A stretch of 63,044 bases of DNA, filler included, from Candidatus Fermentibacterota bacterium (GCA_016928395.1; 10 parts of 10 records of this genome joined end to end with filler, not necessarily neighbours in it), one strand, 5' to 3'; shown: positions 25,438 through 35,897, counted from the first letter of the whole stretch. The notes: generated from the sequence alone by a model not told the origin. Program-made: numbers and translations.

Positions 25438-27426
25438 CTAGCCCGCTGGGTAGTAGCGCGCCATGAGAACGGGCGCGATGTCGGCCAGGCAGGCTGCGGC
25501 CAGTCGCTCATCGGCGGGGAGCGAGCGATCCGGATCAGGCAGGGGCCGGACCTCGTCTCCCACGAGCATCACCGGCTTGTTCCGCTTGAGTTGCGCGACG
25601 CCCTGCACGCCCTCGGGCACGGCGGTCAGGCTCTTGGATGGGTCTAGAAGGATGACCGTGATGCCGCGAGCCGGGCACTCCAGAGGCCAGCCATCGCTGC
25701 GTACCAGCAACCACCCGTCTTCTTCCAGATCCCGGGCCAGCACCCTTTCCACGGGGGTGGGATCGAAGAGACATGCCACATCCGCCCCGGCATACCGTAG
25801 TCCATCAGCAACGATGTCATCCTCGCGATATTCGACAAGGGCTGCATCCACCGACTGATGCCGAAGCATCGCCGCGACCTGCAGCCATTGGCTCTTCCTA
25901 GAGAAGAACTCACCCTTCACAAAGAGACCATCGGCGGAGGCGCTGGCCACGACCAGATCATCGTCTGTCTGCAGCACGGCAGAGGCAGCGATCCTCAGTT
26001 CGGGTGAGAGCCGGTCACACACCACGATGGGGATACGGCTGTCCCTTGCTGTGGGGAAATGAGATCGCATTATCATGCCGGGGACGTCGATCGATTCTCC
26101 GATGGCGGGCACCATGTGCATGAAGACGCCTGGGCCGGCATTGATCTCGATGATCGCCAAAGGCGACTCCCGCCACGATTTCGAGATATCGTCAGCCAAC
26201 ACATCGACACCGAGGCAATGGACCTTCAGGAAGGACGCAACATCCTGCGCGAGCTTCCGATTGTCGGGATGAATCTCGTTCGTGACATTGATGGAGACGC
26301 CTCCGGCCGAGATATTGGCGACACGGCGGAGGAACACCTTCGATCCGCTCTCAATTACAGTCGAAAGCCGCAGCTTCTGCAGCCTGAGATAGTCGATGAG
26401 ATCATCGTCTACACGTATCTTGGTCAGGGCGGAGCGTGCATTATCGCGCCGGGCAAAGGTCTCATTTTCCCGCGCTATGAGGTCTTCGACGGTGTGCACA
26501 CCATCTCCGGTCACGAAGGCCGGCTCACGCTTGAGAGCTGCCGCGAACTTCCCGCCGACCGTCAGGAGCCGATGATCGAATCCGGTTACATGGGTTTCAA
26601 CTATGATGCCACCTTCCACACCTGAGTCCAGCAGCGCCTGGAAGACCCGCTCCAGCTCCCGCTCGCTTCGAATATTGGTGGTGACGCCCTGACCTTTGTG
26701 CCCGGATACGGGCTTCACCACCAGCGGGTACCCAATGTCATGGGCCGCATGCAATGCCTGGGAGATCTCGTAGCATACGGTACCCCGGGGCGTAGGCAAT
26801 CCGAGGTGATCGAGAAAGCGTTTCACCATGTCCTTGTAGCAGGTGAACTCGGTATCCTTTATGCTATCGGTGGAAACAGTCGTAGACCTCCCACGGATTT
26901 GCCGGCGGCCATATCCCCACTGGAAAGCATTCTCATCATGCAGGTAGAACATGGGTATGCGCGCCTTGAACCCCGCTTCGACGATGGAGTAGATGGTCGG
27001 GCCACCGTAAATCCCTCGATCGAAGTTCTCCTGTAGACACGCGAACTCCTGCCGGAACGCAAACTCGCGTCCCTTCAGTGCGTCGTTGAAGAAATCCTGG
27101 GTGAAATGGAGGCAATCCTCCCCGGAGTACTCGTCGATGGTCTCTACGGCGATCTCCCAGTGGTTCTCGTCGAGACGATCCACGGCCCACTGCGATACGG
27201 CCAACTCCATGTCGAGGCGCTGAACCTCAATGAGCGTCCTGGCGAACAGCTCTGCGATGCCCTCGGGGGCCGGGTCTATCGTGGGAAACCGATCCTGAAC
27301 GGCCCGAATCAAACTCTCGGTGTCAAGAGTTGTGGCCGACACTCCAAGACGAAAGACAATCGCCTTGGCGGGAAGGGCGTGGTTGGGGCCGCAGTAGATT
27401 CGGAAGTGGTCAACGCGAAGAGACAC
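25438..27426 (-). CDS. cphA2: CphA2-like cyanophycin synthetase (ATP-grasp with shortened Mur-like domain)
   Basis: YCGPN, YGGPTIYS, QWGYGRRQIRGRSTT, VVKPVSGHKGQGVT, LRRVANISAGG, IEINAGPG; no Mur P-loop (GTNGKTT). Likely GTG start at 27426 with GGGAGG RBS. Confidence 0.78.
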   Translation of the reverse strand: MSLRVDHFRIYCGPNHALPAKAIVFRLGVSATTLDTESLIRAVQDRFPTIDPAPEGIAELFARTLIEVQRLDMELAVSQWAVDRLDENHWEIAVETIDEYSGEDCLHFTQDFFNDALKGREFAFRQEFACLQENFDRGIYGGPTIYSIVEAGFKARIPMFYLHDENAFQWGYGRRQIRGRSTTVSTDSIKDTEFTCYKDMVKRFLDHLGLPTPRGTVCYEISQALHAAHDIGYPLVVKPVSGHKGQGVTTNIRSERELERVFQALLDSGVEGGIIVETHVTGFDHRLLTVGGKFAAALKREPAFVTGDGVHTVEDLIARENETFARRDNARSALTKIRVDDDLIDYLRLQKLRLSTVIESGSKVFLRRVANISAGGVSINVTNEIHPDNRKLAQDVASFLKVHCLGVDVLADDISKSWRESPLAIIEINAGPGVFMHMVPAIGESIDVPGMIMRSHFPTARDSRIPIVVCDRLSPELRIAASAVLQTDDDLVVASASADGLFVKGEFFSRKSQWLQVAAMLRHQSVDAALVEYREDDIVADGLRYAGADVACLFDPTPVERVLARDLEEDGWLLVRSDGWPLECPARGITVILLDPSKSLTAVPEGVQGVAQLKRNKPVMLVGDEVRPLPDPDRSLPADERLAAACLADIAPVLMARYYPAG

Positions 27427-27612
27427 GACTACCTCCCTACCGGCCGGGGCCGGCGGTTCACATTCGAAGCGAAAGGCTGTAGTGTAGAAAACCACCGATC
27501 TCGCGGCAGAGAGATCTCGGCGGTGGGAACTGAGGCATCACTTTGAACTGGACGGCGAATGCGCCTCAAGATATGATCTATGGCGAAAACCACCAGCTCA
27601 CTGGGAGGAGCT

Positions 27613-29094
27613 ATGAGCCCTTCGACCTCCATACGGCCATCGGCGACTCGTGTTCTCGTTGCCAGCGGCGATGTGCGACTGCGAAAACTCATGCGTATTG
27701 CGCTGGACGAATTAGGGGCCACTCCCGTCGAAGCCACCGATAGCATGACGTTGATGCGAGAGGCCTTCGCGTCCCATCCGGACATCATCATCCTGCATCG
27801 CGAATTGCCCGACCAGGACGGCCTCCAGACGCTGGCCCGTCTTAAGGCCGAGCTTCAGCGTCCACCGGTCATCGTGGTGACCCGGGGGACTGATGCCGAT
27901 GCCCGCTTGGTGTGCTTCGCCGCAGAAGCCGACGATGTGGTATCGATTCCCTTTGATGCTCGCGAACTGAAGGCCCGGGCTGAGGCGGTACTGAGGCGCA
28001 GCCGCTCCCGGAGCCCGATGATCTCGAATGCCTTCGCGGAGACGCACTTGATTAAGCTCGCGGGGAACGTCTTTGACACCTTCGTCGAGGGCCGCTCCAA
28101 CCGGGCTGCAGTGGAAGCTGCCCGGGAGGTAGCTGAGCGCCCGGGAAAGCGCTTCAATCCCCTCTTCATTCATGGCCCACCCGGAACGGGGAAGACGCAT
28201 CTCATGGGAGCCATCGGCCATCATCTGGCTGCGTCGGCGTCGGACCTTGCCGTCACGTATGTGTCCGCCACCGACTACTCCGACGAGTTCCTTTCCTCTA
28301 TCGCCGCAGGTGAAACCGAGCTATTCTGGAGCAAGTACGGCCACGCCGACGTCCTCTTGATGGACGATATTCAGTATCTGGGCAGCGGTGCGCTGGGCGC
28401 AGAGACTGCCCGCATGATCAGGGAGATGGCCGAACATGGCCGTCAAGTCGTGGCGTGTAGCGACAAGACCCTTGAGGAACTCCAGACAAGTATCGCAGAG
28501 GTCGTGCTCGTCATAGGGATGGGTCTCATAGCGAAAATCGACCTTCCCGATCGAGAGCATCGCTACCGCATCCTGCAGACGCAGGCAGTGATAAACAAGT
28601 GGAATCTCCCCGACCAGATGCTGGCGCTTATTGCCGACACCGTTGCCAGCGATGCCCGTGCGCTCCAAGGCGCCGCCAGAAAACTCGTCGCGATCCGGAC
28701 GATCCAGAGCGGCGTTTTGACGGTCGACTCGGCCAGGTTCGCGCTGAAGGACCTGGCACAGGGCGAGGAGGTGGTGTCGGAGACCGCCTTCCGCGTGACC
28801 GCTGCGCCGACTTTCGGGACGCCGCTGGACTCAGGATCCTACGAGTTGGGCGGCGATGCGGCCGAGGCTCACCCCTACCGCCGTTCGTCTGATAGGCCTC
28901 CGCATGCCGCGCGGGTGGGAAGGGAATCCTTCCCGCCGCCTTCCCAGGATCGCTCTCAGGGGTCACGCCCCGCAGATATCGATACGCCTCCGGCTCGTCG
29001 CGGCAGACCGGACACCCCGCCGCCACCAGTGGATGGGGATGACCAAGACGACGGTCGGCCACGGCACTGGTATGACAGGATCCGTCATAAGTAG
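27613..29094 (+). CDS. Pseudo-receiver domain fused to DnaA/Hda-like AAA+ domain
   Basis: REC-like N-terminus; FDTFVEGRSNRAA, FNPLFIHGPPGTGKTHLM, LLMDDIQ; no DnaA domain IV; Pro/Arg-rich tail; GGAGGAG RBS. Confidence 0.85.
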   Translation: MSPSTSIRPSATRVLVASGDVRLRKLMRIALDELGATPVEATDSMTLMREAFASHPDIIILHRELPDQDGLQTLARLKAELQRPPVIVVTRGTDADARLVCFAAEADDVVSIPFDARELKARAEAVLRRSRSRSPMISNAFAETHLIKLAGNVFDTFVEGRSNRAAVEAAREVAERPGKRFNPLFIHGPPGTGKTHLMGAIGHHLAASASDLAVTYVSATDYSDEFLSSIAAGETELFWSKYGHADVLLMDDIQYLGSGALGAETARMIREMAEHGRQVVACSDKTLEELQTSIAEVVLVIGMGLIAKIDLPDREHRYRILQTQAVINKWNLPDQMLALIADTVASDARALQGAARKLVAIRTIQSGVLTVDSARFALKDLAQGEEVVSETAFRVTAAPTFGTPLDSGSYELGGDAAEAHPYRRSSDRPPHAARVGRESFPPPSQDRSQGSRPADIDTPPARRGRPDTPPPPVDGDDQDDGRPRHWYDRIRHK

Positions 29095-29131
29095 CGAGAC
29101 GATTCGGTCTGCCATCGGGCGCAGGCAGGGC

Positions 29132-29611
29132 ATGATCTGGCGTGTGCGGGGAGCCAAGACGGGTTCCTCTTTCGTCGATCAGCTCTCATGTTCAACCGAA
29201 GATGCCCTCGCGACCGCCGCGGCAAGGCTCGGCGACGCAGGCCGTTACCAGGTAGCCTTCGTGCTCCCGATCACGATGAGGCTCCGCGTCGGGGCCCTTG
29301 GTATCGTGACCCTTGATCCCGGATGGCATGTCTACACTGGATCTGCCCGGCGCAACCTCGCGGCCAGGCTTCGCCGGCACCTCCTGGGTGCACCGACTCT
29401 ACGGTGGCACATCGACTACCTGAGTTGCCGTCTTCGCCCCGTGGCATGGAGGGTTTTCTCCCCGGACCGGGGAAACGAATGTATGCTGGCCGATGAAGCC
29501 CAACGCGGCGATCATGCGACCCGTCATCCCAGAGGATTCGGCGCATCGGATTGCGGCTGCGGCGGGCACCTCACGCACAGTATCGAGCCGCCCAGGTGGG
29601 TAGGGCACTGA
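29132..29611 (+). CDS. GIY-YIG (DUF123) nuclease family protein
   Basis: YTGSA, RLRRH, WHIDYL, GFGASDCGCGGHL; start uncertain. Confidence 0.8.
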   Translation: MIWRVRGAKTGSSFVDQLSCSTEDALATAAARLGDAGRYQVAFVLPITMRLRVGALGIVTLDPGWHVYTGSARRNLAARLRRHLLGAPTLRWHIDYLSCRLRPVAWRVFSPDRGNECMLADEAQRGDHATRHPRGFGASDCGCGGHLTHSIEPPRWVGH

Positions 29612-30675
29612 TGCGCGGGAGATGGGGCACCCTCTTGTATGTCTCACTGTGGTGCGGAGTGCTGGTACTGATCGGTATCGTGCTGCTGCTTCGTTTCGCG
29701 GTGTCGCCCACCCGCGTGATGATACCGCTTTCCGCCTACCTGCCGTTTTTGATCATCCCGTATGCGGTCGTTACCTCCCTGCTTGGCCTCGTCGTTCGCC
29801 ATTGGTGTAGAATCATGCGGGTCTCTCTGATTGCGGCAGCAGTTCTCCTCCCCGTGACAGTATACGGCCCCCGGCTCATGCCCAGCCTGCATCCACCCGG
29901 CCCGGGAATGGTCCGCGTGGCTACCTGGAATGTCTTCCTGTGCCGGCACGGGGTCTCGGGTGTTCGTGAGACCATCGGCACACTGGGGGCGGATATCATT
30001 GCGCTCCAGGAAGTCGTCGGGGTGGAAGACGACTCCACCGATTCGGCGCAGTTGACGTCGCTGGTGAAGCCGTTGGGCTACACATGCGAGTTTGTTGGAT
30101 ACCGGCCCTGGCGGCCCGGGCGTCAGCCCGGCATGGCCATCTGCGTGCGCGACCCAGTGAAGCTGCTCTCTTTGGAACGTCGAACCTATCACCCCTCCGG
30201 TCAATGGCGCTACGTGTTTGTGGAGGTGGAAGTCGAAGGTACACGGCTCAACGTGGTAGTCCCGCATCTCTACCCCTTTGCCCTGGGCACCGTTGGTCAG
30301 AGCGAGCGCAACGATTTGAAGAGCAACCTCCGTCGGTTCGGTCGTCGTATTGGGGCAACCACCCTCTGGCATCTCCGTGAGGGGAATGAACTAGTGCGCT
30401 TGGTTGGCACCTTTCGCGACCCCACCATCATCATGGGCGATTTCAACACCGCACCGGACCATCCGATTCACTGGCGGTTGAGGCGGCATCTCGTCGATTG
30501 CCTTTCCGCGGCGGGGAAGGGGCTCTCTCCCACGTTTACGTTCTTTCTCCCCGTACGAATCGACTACATCTACGTGACGAAATCGATCCGCGTGCACGCT
30601 GCCTCGGTCATCCCCACCTCGGCATCCGATCATCGCCCCGTAGTCGCCGTGCTCAGCGTGCCCGGCCGTTCCTGA
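29611..30675 (+). CDS. Membrane-anchored endonuclease/exonuclease/phosphatase family protein
   Basis: VATWNV, DIIALQEV, MGDFN, RIDYI, SDHRP. Confidence 0.9.
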   Translation: MRGRWGTLLYVSLWCGVLVLIGIVLLLRFAVSPTRVMIPLSAYLPFLIIPYAVVTSLLGLVVRHWCRIMRVSLIAAAVLLPVTVYGPRLMPSLHPPGPGMVRVATWNVFLCRHGVSGVRETIGTLGADIIALQEVVGVEDDSTDSAQLTSLVKPLGYTCEFVGYRPWRPGRQPGMAICVRDPVKLLSLERRTYHPSGQWRYVFVEVEVEGTRLNVVVPHLYPFALGTVGQSERNDLKSNLRRFGRRIGATTLWHLREGNELVRLVGTFRDPTIIMGDFNTAPDHPIHWRLRRHLVDCLSAAGKGLSPTFTFFLPVRIDYIYVTKSIRVHAASVIPTSASDHRPVVAVLSVPGRS

Positions 30676-30749
30676 TGAGCGCGCTACGCATCACCGAGAG
30701 GCGGCATTGCATGACGGCGAGGTGGGCTTTTCGATAGAGAGGAGCTTCG

Positions 30750-31157
30750 ATGAATCTGAATGTGCTGCTGAGTGTCCGCTCTTCTCGTGAACACGTAGTC
30801 CGCGAGAGTGACACGGCCCGGGCATACGGTTCGGGAGGAGTCGATGTTCTGGCCACTCCCGCTCTGATTGCCCTCATTGAGAGCGCTGCCCGCGACACCG
30901 TGCAGCATACCCTTCCACCCGGGCACACCACGGTGGGGAGTTTCGTAAAGATGCACCATCTGGCTCCCACACCTGTGGGACACACCGTGCGGGTGGATGT
31001 GTGCGTGATGAGCATCGAAGGGAGGAGAATCATGTTTGATGTCAGAGGGTATGACAGCGCGGGCCTCATTGCCGAGGGAGAGCATGAGCGTGTCGTGATT
31101 GACTTGGCCCGATTCACCACGAAGGCGGCCGAGAGACGTGGGGAGTCTTCGCTGTGA
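30750..31157 (+). CDS. Hotdog-fold thioesterase (fluoroacetyl-CoA thioesterase-like)
   Basis: GSGGVDVLATPALIALIE, TVG...HLAPTPVG, GEHER. Confidence 0.88.
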   Translation: MNLNVLLSVRSSREHVVRESDTARAYGSGGVDVLATPALIALIESAARDTVQHTLPPGHTTVGSFVKMHHLAPTPVGHTVRVDVCVMSIEGRRIMFDVRGYDSAGLIAEGEHERVVIDLARFTTKAAERRGESSL

Positions 31158-32968
31158 GTGGGCCTCCCACCCGCGAGCAAGTCCCCAAAGAACACCGGTG
31201 GGACATCGAGGCGCTGTGCGCCACCGATGATGCCTGGGAGAGCGACTTCGTGGCAACTGAGGGCTTCTCTGACGATATGGCGGCTCGAAAGGGCACGCTG
31301 GGAAACTCCGCACCCGAGCTGGCTTCGGCCTTGAGCCTGTTCTTCTCGCATCAAAGAACCTTTGAGCGGCTACATACCTATGCACATCATCGCCGCGACG
31401 AGGATCTTTCCCGGGGCACCTACCAGGACATGAACGCCCGCATCTCGAGTCGGATCTCGGCCTATGAAGCGGCAACATCGTTTCTGAGGCCGGAGATCCT
31501 TGCCATACCTGGCGATGTCATGTCTACGTGGCTCCTCGACGAGAATCTCGCACCGTACTCCGTATGGCTTGGGTACCTCCTGCGTTACAGACCGCACACA
31601 CTGAGCCAGACAGAGGAGCGCCTCATCGCCATGGCAAAGGAGCCCCTCGGCGGTTTCCAGCGGGTGTTCGGCATGGTCAACAACGCCGACCGGCCTCGAC
31701 GGTTGCCGAGTATTCGCGATGAAGCGGGAGACGCGGTTCAACTTACCAATGCGAACTTCGGCGCGTTCATGGAATCTCCTGAGCGCCGGGTCCGCCACGA
31801 TGCCTTCGGGGGATTTTATGCCGAGCTGGCCGGCAATACCGATACGCTGTCTGCGCTGCTGGACAGCGAAATCCGCACCCACGTGTTCCTGGCCAGGACG
31901 CGCCGGTACCCTTCCTCCTTGGAAGCTTCCCTGTTCCACGATCAGGTGGATGTCGCAGTGTACGAAGCGCTCATCTCGGCGGTACGCGATGCAATGGCAG
32001 GGATACATGACTACTACGCGCTGAAGCGGGATGTGCTCGGATTGGATGCGCTCAACATCTATGATAGTATGGCGCCGATTTCCTCAACACCCACCCGTCG
32101 CTACACCTATGATGAAGCCCAGACCATCGTGCTGGAAGGGTTGGCGCCCTTAGGTGACGAGTATGTCGATGATTTGCGCCGGGGCCTCCAGTCGGGATGG
32201 GTGGATCGTTTTGAAAACAAGGGCAAGCGTTCCGGAGCCTACTCCGGGGGATGCTATGACTCGTATCCTTACATCCTGCACAACTTCAACGGCACCCTGG
32301 ACTCAGTCTTCACCTTAGCCCATGAGGCGGGGCATTCCATGCATAGCCTCCTCTCCCGGCGGCATCAGCCCTACCACATGGCCGACTATCCGATTCTCGT
32401 CGCCGAGGTCGCCTCGGTCACCAATGAGATGCTGCTTCTGCACTACCTATTGAGCAGGGCATCCAATGACGCCGAACGTGCGGTACTCATCAATCACCTG
32501 GTCGGTGATTTCCGCTCCACCATCTTTCGTCAGACCATGTTCGCCGAATTTGAACGGATGATCCATGCCCGGGTCGAGCAGGGGGGATCGCTGACCACTG
32601 ACTACCTGAACGACACCTATCTAACACTGGTGCGCGACTATCACGGCGATGCGTTTGCCTTTGATGAGACTGATCGCCCCATCCGGTGCGAATGGAGCAG
32701 GGTGCCCCACTTCTACTACAATTTCTACGTCTACAAGTACGCCACCGGAATGGCGGCCGCGGTAGCCATCAGTTCGAGGATAGTGACCGGCGACCGTGAT
32801 GCCCGTGAGGGCCACCTCAGGTTGCTGCGCGCGGGCTCGTCCAAGCCGCCACTGGAGGTGCTCAGAGATGCCGGCATCGACCTGGCCAGTAGACAGCCCG
32901 TGACTGAGGCACTTTCGCAGCTCTCCATCTTGGTGGAGCAGCTTCGGGGTCTGCTCCGTGTCCAATGA
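31154..32968 (+). CDS. pepF: Oligoendopeptidase F (M3B)
   Basis: GKRSGAYSGG, TLAHEAGHSMH, AEVAS, RQTMFAEFE, PHFYYNFYVYKYATG. Confidence 0.95.
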   Translation: MSGPPTREQVPKEHRWDIEALCATDDAWESDFVATEGFSDDMAARKGTLGNSAPELASALSLFFSHQRTFERLHTYAHHRRDEDLSRGTYQDMNARISSRISAYEAATSFLRPEILAIPGDVMSTWLLDENLAPYSVWLGYLLRYRPHTLSQTEERLIAMAKEPLGGFQRVFGMVNNADRPRRLPSIRDEAGDAVQLTNANFGAFMESPERRVRHDAFGGFYAELAGNTDTLSALLDSEIRTHVFLARTRRYPSSLEASLFHDQVDVAVYEALISAVRDAMAGIHDYYALKRDVLGLDALNIYDSMAPISSTPTRRYTYDEAQTIVLEGLAPLGDEYVDDLRRGLQSGWVDRFENKGKRSGAYSGGCYDSYPYILHNFNGTLDSVFTLAHEAGHSMHSLLSRRHQPYHMADYPILVAEVASVTNEMLLLHYLLSRASNDAERAVLINHLVGDFRSTIFRQTMFAEFERMIHARVEQGGSLTTDYLNDTYLTLVRDYHGDAFAFDETDRPIRCEWSRVPHFYYNFYVYKYATGMAAAVAISSRIVTGDRDAREGHLRLLRAGSSKPPLEVLRDAGIDLASRQPVTEALSQLSILVEQLRGLLRVQ

Positions 32969-33065
32969 GGGTTCCTGCTGCTCGGGATCACTGCCCACGG
33001 CCAAGCGGGATCGTGGGTTTTCAACCACTCAAACGTCGCAGATGCGACACCAAAAGGAAGGCCAT

Positions 33066-33623
33066 ATGGCAAGGCTTCTGGGTGTGCTGTTTCTTCTCGG
33101 CCTGTGTGAGTTCGTAAGCGCGGGTCAGCTCTCTGGAGTCACACTGCCCGACACGATCACGGTAGACGACGGGACTTTAGTGCTCAACGGCATGGGTCAG
33201 CGGAAAAAAATGTGGGTGGAGGTGTACGTTGCGGGCCTCTACCTGCCATCGAGAACGAGCGAAGCGGGCGAAATACTCGAAGCCGACGCGCCGTGGCGTC
33301 TCGTTATGCACTTCCTTCACAAGAAGGTTGACAAGGATAAGCTTGACGGCGCGTGGAATGACGGGTTCAAGAACAACTCCCCCGACCTGCTCACCACCCA
33401 TGCCGAGGATATCGACCGTTTCCTCGCATGCTTCCCGGACATCGTCAAGGGGCAGGAGGTGATCCTGACGTTTTCCCCCGCCGCAGGGCTTCAGGTTGAC
33501 GTGGCAGGCGAGACAAAGGACACCTTCACCTCGCGTGGCTTTGCCCAAGGCGTGCTCTCCATTTGGCTGGGCCCCAAACCGCCCTCGGCTGATCTCAGAA
33601 AGGGACTACTGGGAATTCAGTAG
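33066..33623 (+). CDS. Chalcone isomerase-like periplasmic protein
   Basis: LVLNGMGQRKK...VYVAGLYL...IWLGPKP; signal peptide. Confidence 0.88.
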   Translation: MARLLGVLFLLGLCEFVSAGQLSGVTLPDTITVDDGTLVLNGMGQRKKMWVEVYVAGLYLPSRTSEAGEILEADAPWRLVMHFLHKKVDKDKLDGAWNDGFKNNSPDLLTTHAEDIDRFLACFPDIVKGQEVILTFSPAAGLQVDVAGETKDTFTSRGFAQGVLSIWLGPKPPSADLRKGLLGIQ

Positions 33624-33680
33624 CCGCGCGACGTCGCGGCGAGGCGGCCACTCCGTGCCCCGCCTCGCCGCCCAGCGCCC

Positions 33681-35897
33681 TTACTCCCTCAAGATGGCCT
33701 GGGCTTCTGCGGCGAAGACACCGCCGGGCGCGCGCCGCAGATACTCGGCAAAGAGCGTACGCGCCGAGTCATGTCGCCCCTGCGACAACCGGAGACGGCC
33801 CAAGTGACGATACGCATCGGCAAGGTCGGGCCAACGAACCAGCGTCTGAAGGAGCACACTGTCTGCCGCGTCCTCCTTGCCATCGAGCCCATACACCTCT
33901 CCGAGATTGGCCCAGGCCAAGGCGAGATCCGGAGCCAATGCCACTGCTTTGGAAAAGCTCGACTCCGCAGCGGCCAAGAGGCCCGCGGATCGCAGGGAAA
34001 CGCCCAAATCATTGGCAATGGTGGCGTCCTCAGGGAGCATGACGCCGGCAACACGGAGAAGCTTCACGGCGTCTCCGATCCGCCGCTGGTGCAGAGCCTC
34101 TCGTCCCCATGCCGCCATGTGGTCACCCGCCCTGGGCTTGGCAAGCCCCTGTCCAAGAGCGGTGCGCACCGCTTCCAGCGCTTCATCCTCTCTGCCGGCC
34201 AGGGTCAGGGCCTGCGCCAGGGTCATCCAGGTCGTGGTGTCGATCTCCGTGAGCGTCGCTGCCCGCTGCAGCGCCGGTACGGCATCATCAGGCTGCCCCA
34301 TGCGCAGATAGCAAAGGCCAATGTTGAGATGGGCCGAGGCTGCCGTACCGTCTCTGGCGATTACCTCGCCTAACAGGTTCAGCGCTTCCGGACACCGGTC
34401 CATGGTGCGCCATGTGCCGGCGAGATTGGCACTGAACAGGGGATGTCCGGGCGCCAGCCTGAGGGCCTGGACGAAACAGGATTCAGCCTCGGCCAGCCTT
34501 CCCAACTGGTAGTAGGCAACCCCCAGATTGTCCCATGCATCAGGATTGGCCCGGTCGCGAACCAAAGCCGATTCACTCAACGCCACGGCATGACCCGGGA
34601 AGCCGCCGCGGGTCTCCTCCAATGCGAGATTGGTGAACCCCAGGGCAGACTGAGGCGCCCGCCGGGCCACCCACGTGAACAGCGCCCGGTCGTCAACCCA
34701 GTTGGCTGATGCATGATGGGTGATCGCACCCCACAGCATCAAGACAACGAGAAACGCACCCCGCAGCCCACGGCGATGCCACGGAAGATTCCGAAGACCC
34801 AGCACGACGCCCAGAAGTGGGGCGTAGAGAAAACGTTCCGCCATGTAGGACGGCCCGGCCAGCCTGATCGGAACGATATTGGCCACCGGGATCAAGAGCA
34901 GAAGGAAGAGCACCACACCATCCCGGAATCCCCCGCGCAAGTAGCCGGTCAACCAGGCCCACACCGCCAGGAGCACGGCCGCGAATCCCAGCCATGCTTC
35001 CACGTCGGCAGGGGAGAGGGCGTCCGTGTAGTGCACGGGGTTGGGAAAGAACGGAAGCACGGTGAAACGCAGGTATCCAAAAATCGTCTTGCCGACAAGA
35101 ATCACGTGGTCCAGCGAACTGCTCAGCGGGATGGCGAGATCTCGGGAGACGACGAGAGATCCCAGAACCGAAGCGCGCAGGGCCAGGTAGGCAAAAAGGG
35201 CAACGGCATAGGGAGCATATCCACGGATCGAGCGCAATCGTCTAGTCGTGGCGGCGGACCCTCCTGCGACATCCGGCCAGAGGTACCGGTCTGCATACCA
35301 TGCCAGTGCCGGCATGGTGACGGCCATCTCCTTGGAGGCCAGTGCAAGACCATAGACCACCGCGGCAGCCCACCGCAGGCGCCACGAAGCCCCGACCAAC
35401 GCTCGCCGGTGCAGCAGCAAGGCACACAGCATGCACGTCATTGCCAGAAGGTCGAACCTGCTTGAGATGAACACGACCCCCTCCACCCGCGAGGGGTGCA
35501 CGGCGAACACCGCCGCAGCCGCGAACGCAACCAGGGGCGAACACTTCAGTAGCGCCAGAAACCGCAAGACCAGCAGAGTCGCCGCGCAGTGCAGGACTAA
35601 GTTCTCAAGGTGGTACCAGAGCGGTCGCGGCCCAAACACCGCATAGTCTAAGAAGAAGCTGAAGTAACCCAGGGGTCTGAAGTAGCTGGGCGAGATGATG
35701 AATAGTGACCGCAGCGATGAGAGGATAAGTTCCGGGCGCCGGTAGTTCGGGTGGTCCAGCAGGAGGAGATCATCATCCCAGACGAAGTCTCCGCCGAGAC
35801 CGGGGAGAAACGCCACGACATTGAGCGCCACCAAAGCGGCGCCCACGATCCACCAGAGTCTACCCCGCCTCGTCACCGGCGAAGAGTGCGGTCTCAT
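33681..35897 (-). CDS. TMTC-like membrane glycosyltransferase with TPR repeats
   Basis: FVWDD, YFRPL, YHLENLVLH, FAVHP..VEGV, SKE, AERFLY, C-terminal TPRs. Confidence 0.85.
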   Translation of the reverse strand: MRPHSSPVTRRGRLWWIVGAALVALNVVAFLPGLGGDFVWDDDLLLLDHPNYRRPELILSSLRSLFIISPSYFRPLGYFSFFLDYAVFGPRPLWYHLENLVLHCAATLLVLRFLALLKCSPLVAFAAAAVFAVHPSRVEGVVFISSRFDLLAMTCMLCALLLHRRALVGASWRLRWAAAVVYGLALASKEMAVTMPALAWYADRYLWPDVAGGSAATTRRLRSIRGYAPYAVALFAYLALRASVLGSLVVSRDLAIPLSSSLDHVILVGKTIFGYLRFTVLPFFPNPVHYTDALSPADVEAWLGFAAVLLAVWAWLTGYLRGGFRDGVVLFLLLLIPVANIVPIRLAGPSYMAERFLYAPLLGVVLGLRNLPWHRRGLRGAFLVVLMLWGAITHHASANWVDDRALFTWVARRAPQSALGFTNLALEETRGGFPGHAVALSESALVRDRANPDAWDNLGVAYYQLGRLAEAESCFVQALRLAPGHPLFSANLAGTWRTMDRCPEALNLLGEVIARDGTAASAHLNIGLCYLRMGQPDDAVPALQRAATLTEIDTTTWMTLAQALTLAGREDEALEAVRTALGQGLAKPRAGDHMAAWGREALHQRRIGDAVKLLRVAGVMLPEDATIANDLGVSLRSAGLLAAAESSFSKAVALAPDLALAWANLGEVYGLDGKEDAADSVLLQTLVRWPDLADAYRHLGRLRLSQGRHDSARTLFAEYLRRAPGGVFAAEAQAILRE

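Noticed and set aside
27613-29094. Chromosomal dnaA and oriC
   Set aside because: No domain I or IV, no dnaN/recF/gyrB context, and no DnaA-box cluster noticed.
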